64,000 nt of DNA. Origin: Malacoraja senta. Lineage: Eukaryota. The notes under the pieces were generated by a model, which made no database searches, was not told the origin of the DNA, and was given only the letters and a program-made list of their open reading frames with translations. The number at the start of each line of letters is the position of its first letter. Positions within the stretch are counted from its first letter, which is position 1. The position numbers were made by a program, and so were the translations under genes. The DNA lies in NCBI GenBank assembly GCA_038087875.1, contig CM075990.1, positions 2,730,001 to 2,794,000 of the forward strand, in the 5' to 3' direction. This document shows, piece after piece, positions 36,891 through 48,120 of this stretch.

Positions 36891-37794
36891 CATTGGTTGT
36901 ATAACACAATTTTGGGCACATTAGAAAAACTTTATAAAAGTAAACAAGTCAGAACCTTTTTTCCCTGGATGCCAAATGTCAGAGACTAGAGGGCAGAGCT
37001 TTAAGGTGAGAGGGGTAAAGCCTGAAGGAGGTGTGTGGGGCAAGATTTTCCACTGGGTGAGGTGTACAGGGGTGGTGATGGAGGAAGATTCGATAGTGTT
37101 GTTTATGAAGCTTTTCGATGGGCACATGGATATGCTGGCATTGGTGGGACTATGGGCCGTGTGTAGGCAGATGAGATGAGTTTATCTTGGCACCATGCTT
37201 AGCACAGACATTACTGGCCACTGTGCACTGATCCTGTGCTGTACTGTGAAAAAGCATTGTTAAAAGCAAGTGGAAATCGAAGATACCTCGGATCTATCCA
37301 ACACACTAGGGACAATTTACAGAACCCAATCAACCTGCAAACCTGGAGTGTGGGAGGAAACCGAAGCACCTGGAGAAAACCCACATGGTCACCAGTTACC
37401 CAGTGAGCTGGCGCCTGGCGGCGGGAGCTCCCGGTTGTGGGGGGGGGGGGGGGGAGAGAGCGAGAGGCAGGAAGACAGCGTGTGTACCGGGCCCGTCCGC
37501 GTGTGGGGCCGGGTTCTCTGCGGCTCCCCAGCCCCGGAATTCCGCCCTGGTTCATAACCCCCCCCCCAACATCGTGTTCCCCCCCGGCCTTGAGTTAAAC
37601 TTGGGTTACCCCCACCCCGCCCCTCCCCACTCAGTTACAGCAGGCAATCGGCAATATTGCGAGGGATTACTGTACTAATCTCAATGAACAATAGCTGGAC
37701 ATCTGGTAATCTAGATTTTATCCTTGCCTCCAAGAGAGAAGCTACTGTGGCTCAGTGTGTCAATTATGCTGTGAGAAATCAGTTAGTTTGATCC

Positions 37795-38435
37795 TCATAA
37801 GTTCTACGGGCAGAATTAGGCCATTCGGCCCATCAAGTCTACTCCGCCATTCAATCGTGGCTGATCTACCTTTCCTTCTCAACCCCATTCTCCTGCCTTC
37901 TCCCCATTACCCCTGATGCCCTTACTAATCTTAAATCTATCAATCTCCACCTTAAAAATATCCACTGACGGCCTCCGCAGCCGTCTGTGGCAAAGAATTC
38001 CACAGATTCACCACCCTCTGACTGAAGAAATTCCTCCTCATCTCCTTCCTAATGGAATGTCCTTTAATTCTGAGGCTGTGCCCTCTAATCCTAGACTCTC
38101 CTACTGCACATTCAATCTATCCAGGCCTTTCACTATTCGGTATATTTCAATGAGGTCCATCCTCTCATCCTTCTAAACTCCAGCGAGTGGAGGCCTAGTG
38201 CCTTCAAACGCTCATCACAGGTCATCCTACTCATTCCTGGGATCATTCTGCCAATCCTCCTCTGGACCCTCTCCAACGCCAGCACATCCTCAGATATGGG
38301 GCCCTAAACCGTTCATAATATTCCAAATGCAATCTGACCAATGCCTTACAGAGCCTCAGCATTACATCCCTGTTTTTGTATTCTGGTCCTCTCTAAATAA
38401 ATTCTTACATTGCATTCACCTTCCTTACTGCTGAT
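37795..38435 (-). mobile_element. CR1 3' fragment
   Basis: Reverse complement of the 20560-21190-type sequence. Confidence 0.85.
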
Positions 38436-38617
38436 CTAGATTGTATCCTTGCCTCTCAGTGTGCAGGTCCTATGGGTCAGTGTATCAATTATGCTGGAAG
38501 AACCCAGCTGGTGAGATTCCTGTACATTCTGCTCGATGGCCGAGCTGGTTATAGCTGGTGTGTGCTTAGTCCTGCATCTCACCTTGTTTCCAGCTCTGGG
38601 ATTAACCTCTCTCCACG

Positions 38618-38922
38618 TGGCACAGTGGCGTTATGGTAGAGTTGCTGCCTCACAGCGCCAGAGACCCGGGTTCGATCCCGACTACGGGTGCTGTCTGTAC
38701 AGAATTTGCATGTTCTCCCCGTGACTTGCGTGGGTTTTCCCTGAGATGGTCGGTTTCCTCCCACACTCCAAAGACGTGTAGGTTTGTGGGTTAATTGGCT
38801 TGGTGTAAATGTAACAATTGTCCCTAGTGTGAGTAGGATAGTGTTAAGGTGCGGGGATCGCTGGTCGATGCGGACTCGGTGGGCCGAAGGGCCTATTTCC
38901 GCGCTGCATCTCTGAACTAAAT
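38618..38922 (+). mobile_element. SINE
   Basis: Family match. Confidence 0.88.
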
Positions 38923-39442
38923 CTACTCTTGCACCCAGTGCCTCTGGCAGTTTCTCATTGGTGACTGCGTGTCCTTCTGTACCATCTATTTTTATCAGGG
39001 TCCAGGGATTTGACATCCTTTTAATCACGGACTGAGATAGTGCTGAATCCGCTGCAGTTAACACTGGAGTTTAATCCCAGTCACACGTAAATAGGAGACC
39101 TCTGTGGAGAAAATACTGAACCGAACAAGAATTGATCTGCGGAGAATCTGTTCCAGAAATGCACCAGACGGTGACTTAACATGTAACCTGAGAGTCACAA
39201 CCTGAACTGATTGCCCCAAGGTGGCTGGGAATAAACAGAGGAATCTGCAGCATTATCTGACACATCCAGGTACCCACACCGTTCCCCAGTGTCCTCGTCA
39301 CGACCAATTTAACTTTGCCTCTCCACTGGAATAATATTCCCGTCAACCCCCCTCGTGTGTCCTTGCAGCTCACTTCATTCTCAATACTGTGTATATTTTT
39401 GAAATTGTCCAGCCTCCACTTCCGCTTTCAAGGACATAGGGA

Positions 39443-39710
39443 CGGCACGGTGGCGCAGCGGGTAGAGCTGCTGCCTTACAGCGCCAGAGACCCGGGTTCG
39501 ATCCTGACCTCTGTATGAAGTTTGTACCTTCTCCCCGTGACCGTGTGGGTTTTCCTCCCACACTCCAAAGGTGTGCAGGTTTCTGTAAATTGTAAAAAAA
39601 ATGGCCATTGTGTGTAGGATAGTGCTAATGTACGGTTTGACTGCTGCTCGTCATGGACAAATTAGGCCGAAGGGCCTGTTTCCATGCTGTATCTCTAAAG
39701 TCTAAAGTCC
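39443..39710 (+). mobile_element. SINE
   Basis: Family match. Confidence 0.85.
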
Positions 39711-39763
39711 TATACATCCTTGGGAATTATATCACTTGAATTATTATCTCCTCCAACCTTTCC

Positions 39764-41512
39764 TACAAAGCTGAGGCCACGCGCCAACTCTCGGACACCT
39801 CTTCCTACTTACCCCTGGACCATGACCCCACTGACGAGCACCAGGCCACCATCTCCAGCACCATCACCAACTTCATCCACTCCCACGCCCTGCCCGAACG
39901 AGCCTCCAACCTCATCGTTCCCCAGCCCCGCACAGCCCGATTTTACCTTCTCCCCAAAATCCACAAACCTGACTGTCCCGGTAGACCCATTGTCTCTGCC
40001 TGTTCTTGCCCCACCGAACTCATCTCCGCCTACCTCGACTCCATCCTATCCCCCTTGGTTAAATCCCTCCCCACCTATGTTCAAGACACCTCAGACACTC
40101 TCCGTCATCTCCGCGCATTCCACTCTCTAGGCCCCCACCCCCTCATCTTCACCATGGACGTCCAGTCACTGTACACCTCCATCCCCCACCAGGATGGTCT
40201 CAAAGCCCTCCGTTTTTTCCTCGACCGTAGAAGCAATCTATACCCGGCCACTGACACCCTCCTCCGCCTAGCGGAGCTGGTACTTACACTTAATAACTTT
40301 TCATTCGACTCCTCCCATTTCCTCCAAATACAAGGCGTAGCTATGGGCACACGCATGGGCCCCAGCTACGCCTGCCTCTTTGTCGGGTACGTAGAACAAT
40401 CCCTGTTCAATGCGTACCAGGGCCCCATCCCCGACCTCTACCTCCGCTACATCGATGATTGTTTTGGTGCCACATCCTGCACCCACACACAACTGACTGA
40501 CTTCATCCGCTTCACCACCAACTTCCATCCGGCACTTAAATACACCTGGACCATTTCCGACACTTCCCTACCATTCCTTGACCTCACTATCTCCATCGCA
40601 GGTGATAGACTCCTTACCGACATCCACTACAAACCTACCGACTCCCATGGCTATCTGGACTACACTTCTTCCCACCCTGCTTCCTGTAAGGACTCCATCC
40701 CCCACTCCCAATTCCTCCGTCTACGCCGCATCTGCTCCCAGGATGAGGCGTTCCACACCAGGGCATCTGAAATGTCCTCATTCTTCAGGGAACGGGGGTT
40801 CCCCTCCTCCACCATAGATGAGGCTCGCACCAGGGTCTCTGCCATACCCCGCAACACTGCTCTCTCTCCCCATCCCCCCACTCACAACAAAGGCAGAGTC
40901 CCCCTAGTCCTCACCTTTCACCCCACCAGCCGTCACATACAACAAGTGATCCTCCGTCAGTTTCGCCACCTCCAACGTGACCCCACCACTCGCCACATCT
41001 TCCCATCTCCCCCTATGTCTGCTTTCCGCAAAGACCGCTCCCTCCGTAACTCCCTTGTCAATTCTTCCCTTCCCTCCCATACCACCCCCTCCCCTGGTAC
41101 TTTCCCTTGCAACCGCAAGAGATGCAACACTTGTCCCTTCACTTCCCCCCTCCACTCCATTCCAGGACCCAAGCAGTCGTTCCAGGTGCGACAGAGGTTC
41201 ACCTGCATCTCCTCCAACCTCATCTATTGCATTCGCTGCTCTAGATGCCAGCTGATCTACATCGGTGAGACCAAGCGGAGGCTTGGCGATCGTTTCGCCG
41301 AACACCTCCGGTCGGTCCGCAATAACCAACCTGAACTCCCGGTGGCTCAGCACTTCAACTCCCCCTCCCATTCCGTATCTGACCTCTCTGTCCTGGGTCT
41401 CCTCCATGGCCACAGCGAGCAACACCGTAAATTGGAGGAAATGCACCTCATATTCCGCTTGGGCAGTCTACACCCTGGTGGCCTGAACGTTGAATTCTCC
41501 CAATTCTGCTAG
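39764..41512 (+). CDS. PLE reverse transcriptase/GIY-YIG reading frame (N-terminally truncated, no native start)
   Basis: ORF track 40055-41512 (485 aa) extends upstream in frame without stops (YKAEATRQLSDTSSYLPLDHDP...) to the insertion junction. Confidence 0.85.
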   Translation, partial: YKAEATRQLSDTSSYLPLDHDPTDEHQATISSTITNFIHSHALPERASNLIVPQPRTARFYLLPKIHKPDCPGRPIVSACSCPTELISAYLDSILSPLVKSLPTYVQDTSDTLRHLRAFHSLGPHPLIFTMDVQSLYTSIPHQDGLKALRFFLDRRSNLYPATDTLLRLAELVLTLNNFSFDSSHFLQIQGVAMGTRMGPSYACLFVGYVEQSLFNAYQGPIPDLYLRYIDDCFGATSCTHTQLTDFIRFTTNFHPALKYTWTISDTSLPFLDLTISIAGDRLLTDIHYKPTDSHGYLDYTSSHPASCKDSIPHSQFLRLRRICSQDEAFHTRASEMSSFFRERGFPSSTIDEARTRVSAIPRNTALSPHPPTHNKGRVPLVLTFHPTSRHIQQVILRQFRHLQRDPTTRHIFPSPPMSAFRKDRSLRNSLVNSSLPSHTTPSPGTFPCNRKRCNTCPFTSPLHSIPGPKQSFQVRQRFTCISSNLIYCIRCSRCQLIYIGETKRRLGDRFAEHLRSVRNNQPELPVAQHFNSPSHSVSDLSVLGLLHGHSEQHRKLEEMHLIFRLGSLHPGGLNVEFSQFC

Positions 41513-41625
41513 CCCTGGCTGTCCCCTCCCCTTCATCAGCCATCTGGTTGTCTCCTCCCCTCCCCCAACCCTCGGGCTCCTCCTCCTCCTTTTCCTTTTT
41601 TCCTTTCTTCTCCCCACCCCCTATC

Positions 41626-41659
41626 AGTCTGAAGAAGGGTTTCGGCCCGAAACGTTACC
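41626..41659 (+). ncRNA. Minimal type-I hammerhead ribozyme-like motif in the PLE 3' terminus
   Basis: AGT-CTGAAGA-A-GGGT(TTCG)GCCC-GAAAC-GTT-ACC: CUGANGA box, stem II hairpin, GAAA box, palindromic ACGU stem III and a short stem I. Confidence 0.7.
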
Positions 41660-41760
41660 TATTTCCTTCGCTCCATAGATGCTGCTGCACCCGCTGAGTT
41701 TCTCCAGCATTTTTGTGTACCTTTCCTTCCAATGTGTAGTGTCCAGCTTCTGAGCCACAT

Positions 41761-42561
41761 TTAGCCTAGTTTAGTTTAGTTTAGTTTAGAGATACAGCGC
41801 GGAAACAGGCCCTTCGGCCCACAATGTCCGCGCCGACCAGTGATCCCCGCACACTAACACTACCCTACACACACTAGGGACAATTTACAATTATACCAAG
41901 CCAATTAACCTACAAACCTGTATGTCTTTGGAGTGTGGGAGGAAACCGGAGCACCCGGAGAAAACCCACCAGGTCACGGGGAGAACGTACAAACTTCGTA
42001 CAGACAGCGCTGCAGTCAGGATCGAACCCGGGTCTCTGGCGCCACCGTGCCACCCTATCTGGAGGTCTTATGTGGGTGTGGGTAGTGTGATTGGTGGACT
42101 GTGCTCCTGTAAGGATTTCACTGTTCCATTTCTGGACATAGGACACATGATAATAAAATACTTGACCGTTCACTCTGGAAAATAGATCTACTCTCCCCTA
42201 ACTACATTCCCTCTCAGAATTAATGCAGCCACATTTGCGCAGCGGTAGAGTTGCTGCCTTACAGGGCTTGCGGCGCCAGAGACCCGGGTTTGATCCCGAC
42301 TACGGGTGCTGTCCGTGCGGAGTTTGCACGCTCTCCCCGTGACCCGCGTGTGGGGTTTTCTCCGAGATCTTCGATTTCCTCCCACACTCCAAAGACGAAC
42401 AGGTTTGTAGGTTATTTGGCTTGGGTTTGTATACTTGGTATTAAGTGCAAATTGTCCCTAGTTTGTGTTGGCTTGTGTTAATGAGCGGGGATCGCTGGTT
42501 GGTGCGGACTCGGTGGGCCGAAGGGCCTGTTTCTGCACTATATCTCTAAACTAAACTAAAT
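41761..42561. mobile_element. Two SINEs head-to-head (- 41761-42052; + 42235-42561)
   Basis: Opposite-orientation family copies about 180 bp apart. Confidence 0.88.
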
Positions 42562-42884
42562 TAGTGCATCACTGAGGAGGCGGCCTGAACACAGGAGTGC
42601 ACAACATGGTTATGGCTGTTCATCCACACCCAGGGCGGCCTGCAGTGAATTGATGATGCGATGGAACTGTACCGAATGGTCTTGGGCTGTGTTTATTTTG
42701 ATTGCTGTGACACTCAGGCCTGTACAGTTTCACATCAGTCAGTATTAACCACGGCGCACAGCCCAGGCGACTAGCTGCGCACTAGCCACAGAAGCAGATC
42801 TACAGTCACTTATTACAACCGTTCCACACTCACAAATCTCCACTCCTACACCAACATCTCTTTTATTTTAACTATGATTTTCCC

Positions 42885-43183
42885 ACCTCCGGATTCAGGG
42901 AGAGTTTCTCCCCAGCTGTTATCAGGCAACTGAACCATCCTACCACAGCTAGAGAGCAGTGCTGAACTACTATCTACCTCACTGGTGACCCTCGGACTAT
43001 CGTTGATCGGACTTTACCTTGCACTAAACGTTATTCCCTTATCATGTATCTGTACACTGTAAATGGCTCGCTTGTAATCATGTATTGTCTTTCCGCTGAC
43101 TGGTTAGCACGCAACAAAAGCTTACCTCGGTACACGTGACAATAATCTAAACTGAAACTGAACTGAACTAAACTGAACTGAAC
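42885..43183 (+). mobile_element. Rex1/Babar LINE 3' end
   Basis: Matches 18410-18722, with an (AACTG)n tail. Confidence 0.8.
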
Positions 43184-44101
43184 TTTTGAGATCAAACAAC
43201 CAACTTCTGGGGCTGGGCAAATCACAACAGATTCCAACATGAGAGGGGTCCTGACCTCCCCACAGGGGGTCTGAGCTGTTCCATTACTTGAAGGCTCTGA
43301 ATGTTTACCTAGTTATTTGTTTGGCCAAACAGAGGGGAAACGGCTTTCTAATATTAAAGCACGTCTTCACCGGCTCGAGTGGCCGATTGTAGAAGCTCCA
43401 TTTCATGCTTTCACCGCACGGACGTAAGACTAAGGGGCCATAAATCTCCAGGTGCCTGACTGACTGAGAATAGTTCCTGTCCTTGTAAACCCTGGTCCCA
43501 AACGGCTTGCCTAGTTTACCGCCAGACCTACACATGACAGAGAAGCCAGCAGCAAGCACAAGACACTCAAGCGCTCTATAAAAAAAAAAACACTTCCTGA
43601 ATCGTATCTGCAGGGTATCTGTACACGGCAAATACATTTGTGCAGCAAGTCATCTTCTGTTGGGGGGGAATAAATCAGGAAAATGGGGAGCGGTGGTCTT
43701 CAGCAGTGCTTCTGAAGTCTTTCTCTCTCATAGGGTCATAGAGTCATAGAGCGATACAGTGGGGAAACAGGCCCTCCGGCCCAACGTCCACACCGGCCAA
43801 CATGTCCCAGCTACACTAGTCCCACCTGCCCACGTTTGTTCCATGTCTCTCCAAAGCTGCCCTATCCATGTACCTGTCTAAATGTGTCTTAAACGTTGGG
43901 ATAGTCCCTGCCTCAACTACCTCCTCTGGCAGCTCGTTCCATACACCCACTGCCCTCGGTGTGGATAAAGTTACCCCTCAGGTTCCTCTCCTGCCTGTAA
44001 CACACCAAAAGCCAACTTTTGCGTCTGCATCGGACGTGGCCGCGGTGAGTGCCGGTGGTCGGTCGAGGACGTGCCGCTGTGAGAACAAAGAAGGATCCGA
44101 T

Positions 44102-44197
44102 GTGGGGTGGGGGTGGGGGGGTGGGGGGGTGGGGGGGTGGGGGGGTGGTGGGGGGGTGGTGGGGTGGGGGGGGTGGGGGGTGGGGGGGTGGGGGGGA
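44102..44197 (+). repeat. G-run tract (GnT)n with G-quadruplex potential
   Basis: More than ten runs of four or more G, mostly separated by single T. Confidence 0.85.
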
Positions 44198-44974
44198 GGA
44201 TACCGAGAGATCGAATAGGGACCTGACGAGGGGAGGTGGTACTGCGAACATTGTAACTCTGTTGACTTTTGCATACCTTGTGTTTGGGGGTGTAAAACAA
44301 ATAATTTCACTGTGACTTGTCACATGAGATAATAAAGTATCTTTCATAGAGTCTGTATTAATATAATCGCTAAATAGCAAGAGGCACGCTAATAATATCA
44401 TCCACATTTACAGTATGTGTAGGAATGAACTGCAGATGCTGGTTTAAACCGAAGATAGACACAAGAAGCTGGACACAAGGCAACGGGACGGGCAACATCT
44501 CTGGAGAGAAGGAATGGGTGACTTCAAGTCGAGACCCTTCTTCAGACCACATGTATTATACTACCAATACGTTTCCGATAAAATTTCTTTACACTACCTG
44601 TGACAACATTTCTTATAATACCTCATTTTCAAATGACTATTTCAAATTATTTAAATTCTCACATTGCAAATTGACAGATATTTATATATATTTTTCCTGT
44701 TAATTAGGATCAATGCAAATGGCCTTCAGTTCACCAGCAGATACACACCTTTTTTTTTCATTTTAGTTTCCTAATTGTCAGTTGGTTGAATGTAAATTGT
44801 CGACAAGAAGAAAGTGAATTCATTCATTTAACAAATTCATTTATCACAGTTTCGGGAAATTATCTTTTTCACATCCAGCTTATATAACAATTAAACAGAT
44901 GGAACCTGCCATTCACTGTGATTAAGTCCTATCTTATACCTCAGCTACTGTTCCTCCAATCCACATATTACATG

Positions 44975-45278
44975 GTTTAGTTTTGTTTAGTTTAGTTTAG
45001 AGATACAGCGCGGAAACAGGCCCTTCGGCCCACCGGGTCCGTGCCGACCAGCGATCCCCGCACACTGACACTTTCCTACACCCACTAGGGACAATTCACA
45101 TTTATACCAAGCCAATTAGCCGACAAGTCTCGTCTTTAGAGTGTGGGAGGAATCCGGAGATCTCGGATTGAACCCACGCAGGTCACGGGGAGAAGGTACA
45201 AACTCTGTACAGACAAGCACCCGTGGTCAGGATCGAACCTGGCTCTCTGGCCCTGTAAGGCAGCAACTCTACCGCCAC
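44975..45278 (-). mobile_element. SINE
   Basis: Family match. Confidence 0.85.
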
Positions 45279-45549
45279 TCAAAGGGGTTACCTTCGTGTT
45301 GAAACATCAATTGTTCCCAGCTATGTCCAGCGCCTTGATCTTCGATTCCCTTTTGGGAACAGATCTTCAAAGATTCAGGACTGTCTGAGTGAAGGGATTT
45401 CTCTTCAGTTCAATCCCAAGAGGACAAGACTACACCAGTCAATGAGATGGAGGTGAGGCATGTCATCCATCTGACAACAGGAAGTCTACTCTCAAGCAAA
45501 CACCATCAGTTTGCCCAGAAAACAAGATGTTATTTAAAAGGAATAAAAA

Positions 45550-46180
45550 AACATCGGCACATTGGCCTTCATCAGTCAAAGTATTGAGTATAGAAGTTGG
45601 GAGGTCATGTTGCAGTTATATAAGACGTTGGTGAGGCTGCATTTGGAATATTGTGTTCAGTTTTGGGCACCTTACTGTAGGAAATATGTTGTCAAGTTGG
45701 AAAGGGTGCAGAGAGGATTTTTGACAATGTTGCCAGGATACAACTCCCTGAGCTATAGGGAGAGATTGAGCAGGCTAGGACTCTATTCCTTGGAGCGCAG
45801 GAGGATGAGGGGTGATCTTATAGATTTGTACAAAATCTTAATAAATCGGCAAGACGCACAGTGTGTTTGCAACAGAGTAGGGGAATCAAGAACCAGAGGA
45901 CATGGGTTAAAGGTGAGGGGAGAAAGATTTAATAGGAACATGAGTGGTTCCTCTTTGTACACAAAGGCTGGTGGGTGTATGGAACGAACAGGTAGTTGGG
46001 GCAAGTACTATCGCAATGTTTAAGAAACATTTAGACAGGTACATGGATGTGCCAGGTTTAGAGCGATATGGGCCAAACACAGGCAGGTGATACAAGTGTA
46101 GAAGGGACAAGTTGGTTGGTGTGGGCAAGTTGGGCCAAAGTGTTGATTTAAACGCTGTGTGACTCTAGGACTATGTGACT
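45550..46180 (+). mobile_element. CR1 3' fragment
   Basis: ORF 45562-46023 contains [17 protein letters not shown]...RTRGH. Confidence 0.9.
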
Positions 46181-46237
46181 CCAAAAAACTTCAGCCACTT
46201 CTCCCAATAAAAGCTGTGACTTCTTCAGAGCAAATGC

Positions 46238-46960
46238 AGGCGGCACAGTGGTGTAAGGGTGGCACAGTGGTGTAAGGGTGGCACAGTGGTGTAAGGGTGG
46301 CACAGTGGTGTAAGGGTGGCACAGTGGTGTAAGGGTGGCACAGTGGTGTAAGGGCGGCACAGTGGTGTAAGGGTGGCACAGTGATGTAGCTGTTGGAGCC
46401 GCTGCCACACAGCGCAAGGGATCCAGGTTCGATCCTGAACTCGGGTGGTGTCTGTACGAAGTTTGTACATTCTCTCCCTGTGACCATATGGGTTTCTTCT
46501 ACTGCCAAATCCCAAAGATGTGCGGGTTTGTAGGTTATTTGCCCTTGTAACTTGCCCCTTGTATATAGGGAGTGGATGAGAAAGTGGGATAACATAGAGC
46601 TAGCGTGAGTAGGTGATCGATGGTTGATGTGGACTCGGTGGGTCGAAGAGCCTGCTCCATGCTGCAGCTCTAAATTAAACTAAACTAAACTAAACTAAAC
46701 TAAACTGAACCGAACCGAACCGAACCGAACCGAACCGAACCAAACTAAACTAAACTAAACTAAACTGAATTAAACTAAACTAAACTAAACTGAACTGAAC
46801 TGAACTGAACCGAACCGAACCGAACCGAACAAACTAAACTAAACTAAACTGAATTAAACTAAACTAAACTAAACTGAACCGAATTGAACCGAACCGAACC
46901 GAACCGAACCAAACTAAACTAAACTAAACTAAACTAAACTGAACTGAACTGAACTAAACC
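46238..46960 (+). mobile_element. SINE with a tandemly amplified head and an expanded pentamer tail
   Basis: Seven copies of GGCACAGTGGTGTAAGGGT at 46242-46374, then the SINE body, then (AAACT/GAACC/GAACT)n at 46670-46960. Confidence 0.88.
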
Positions 46961-47814
46961 GCCAAAAATAATCACATCCAAATCAAATGGATAAAATCCA
47001 TCTCAGTGACACAGTCCACAACGGCTCATTGATGGGGAAGATACACTGTCATTTCCATCCTGACTCACAAATGTGTTGTCACTAATTGTCGCATATCCTG
47101 AGGCAGCACATATTGCCTTTAGGCTCTACGGCCAGAAGTGGCAACCATCCACAGTCTCACCATCCACCCTTGTAGAAAAATGACTTACTGTAATTCCAAC
47201 AATTTGAGGCCAGTCCGGCCCAGACCTTCATAAGTTTATGAGCGATAGGAGCAGAATTAGGCCATTCGGCCCATCAAGTCTACTCTGCCATTCAATCATG
47301 GCTGATTTATCTCTCCCTCCTAACCCCATTCTCCTGCCTTCTCCCCATAACCCCTGACACCCATACTAATCAAGAATCTGTCTATCTCTGCCTTAAAAAC
47401 ATCCATTGACTTGGCCTCAAAAATGAGAGAGGCTGGAAATCTGAACGAATAACAGAAACCACTGGAGATACTCAGCATGTTAGGCTGAACCTATTTCTCT
47501 TTCACACACATGCTTTGTGTCCTGCTGGGTGTTTCAAGCATTTTTCTTTTTATCTCTTCATCAGAAACGATTCGCCCCAGGAATCAATTTGGTGAATCTA
47601 TGAGTCATGAAGTTATACCATATAGAAATAGGCCCCTCGGCCCAACTGGTCCGTGCCGACCAAGATGCACCTGAGCTATTCCCCTTTGTCTGCAGTTAGC
47701 CAGATGCCTCTTAACCTTTCTTATTCGTGTACCTGTCCAAATGTCTTTTGAATGTTGTAATTGTACCAGCCTTTACCGCTTCTCTAACCTTAAAGCTGGC
47801 TTTAGTTAGAAAAT

Positions 47815-48120
47815 AAGGCGCAGAGTGCTGGAGTAACTCAGCGGGTCAAGGGGCTTCTCTTTGGGTTGGGACCTTTCTTCAGACCGATTGTAGGGGGGGA
47901 GGTGGGGGGGGAGGAGAAAGCTGGAAGAGCGGAAGAGCAGGACAAAGAACTGCAGATGCTGGTTAATACCGAAGATAGACACAAAGTGCTGGAGTAAATT
48001 TGCAGAAGTGTTCCCATCCGAAAAATTACCCATCCTTTTTTCTCCAGACCCACTGAGTTACTCCAGCATTTTGTGTCCATCTTCGGTTTAAACCCGCATC
48101 TGCAGTTCCTTCTTACACAT
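47815..48120. mobile_element. Nested/fold-back PLE-terminus elements
   Basis: Two minus-orientation terminal segments followed by a plus-orientation arm. Confidence 0.6.

Larger units (their letters stand above)
39764..41722 (+). mobile_element. Penelope-like retroelement (Neptune type), 5'-truncated, with RT + GIY-YIG endonuclease and 3' terminal segment
   Basis: Open frame from about 39764 to the stop at 41512. RT motifs FYLLPKIHK, GRPIVS, MDVQSLYT, GVAMG and YLRYIDD are followed by a Cys linker CNRKRCNTC and the GIY-YIG signature NLIYCIRCSRCQLIYIGET. Flanked by ACCTTTCCT at 39756-39764 and 41719-41727. Confidence 0.95.

Noticed and set aside
46242..46374. Regular direct repeats resembling a CRISPR array
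   Set aside because: The units are contiguous 19-mers with no spacers, derive from a SINE head and lie in a eukaryotic genome without cas genes.
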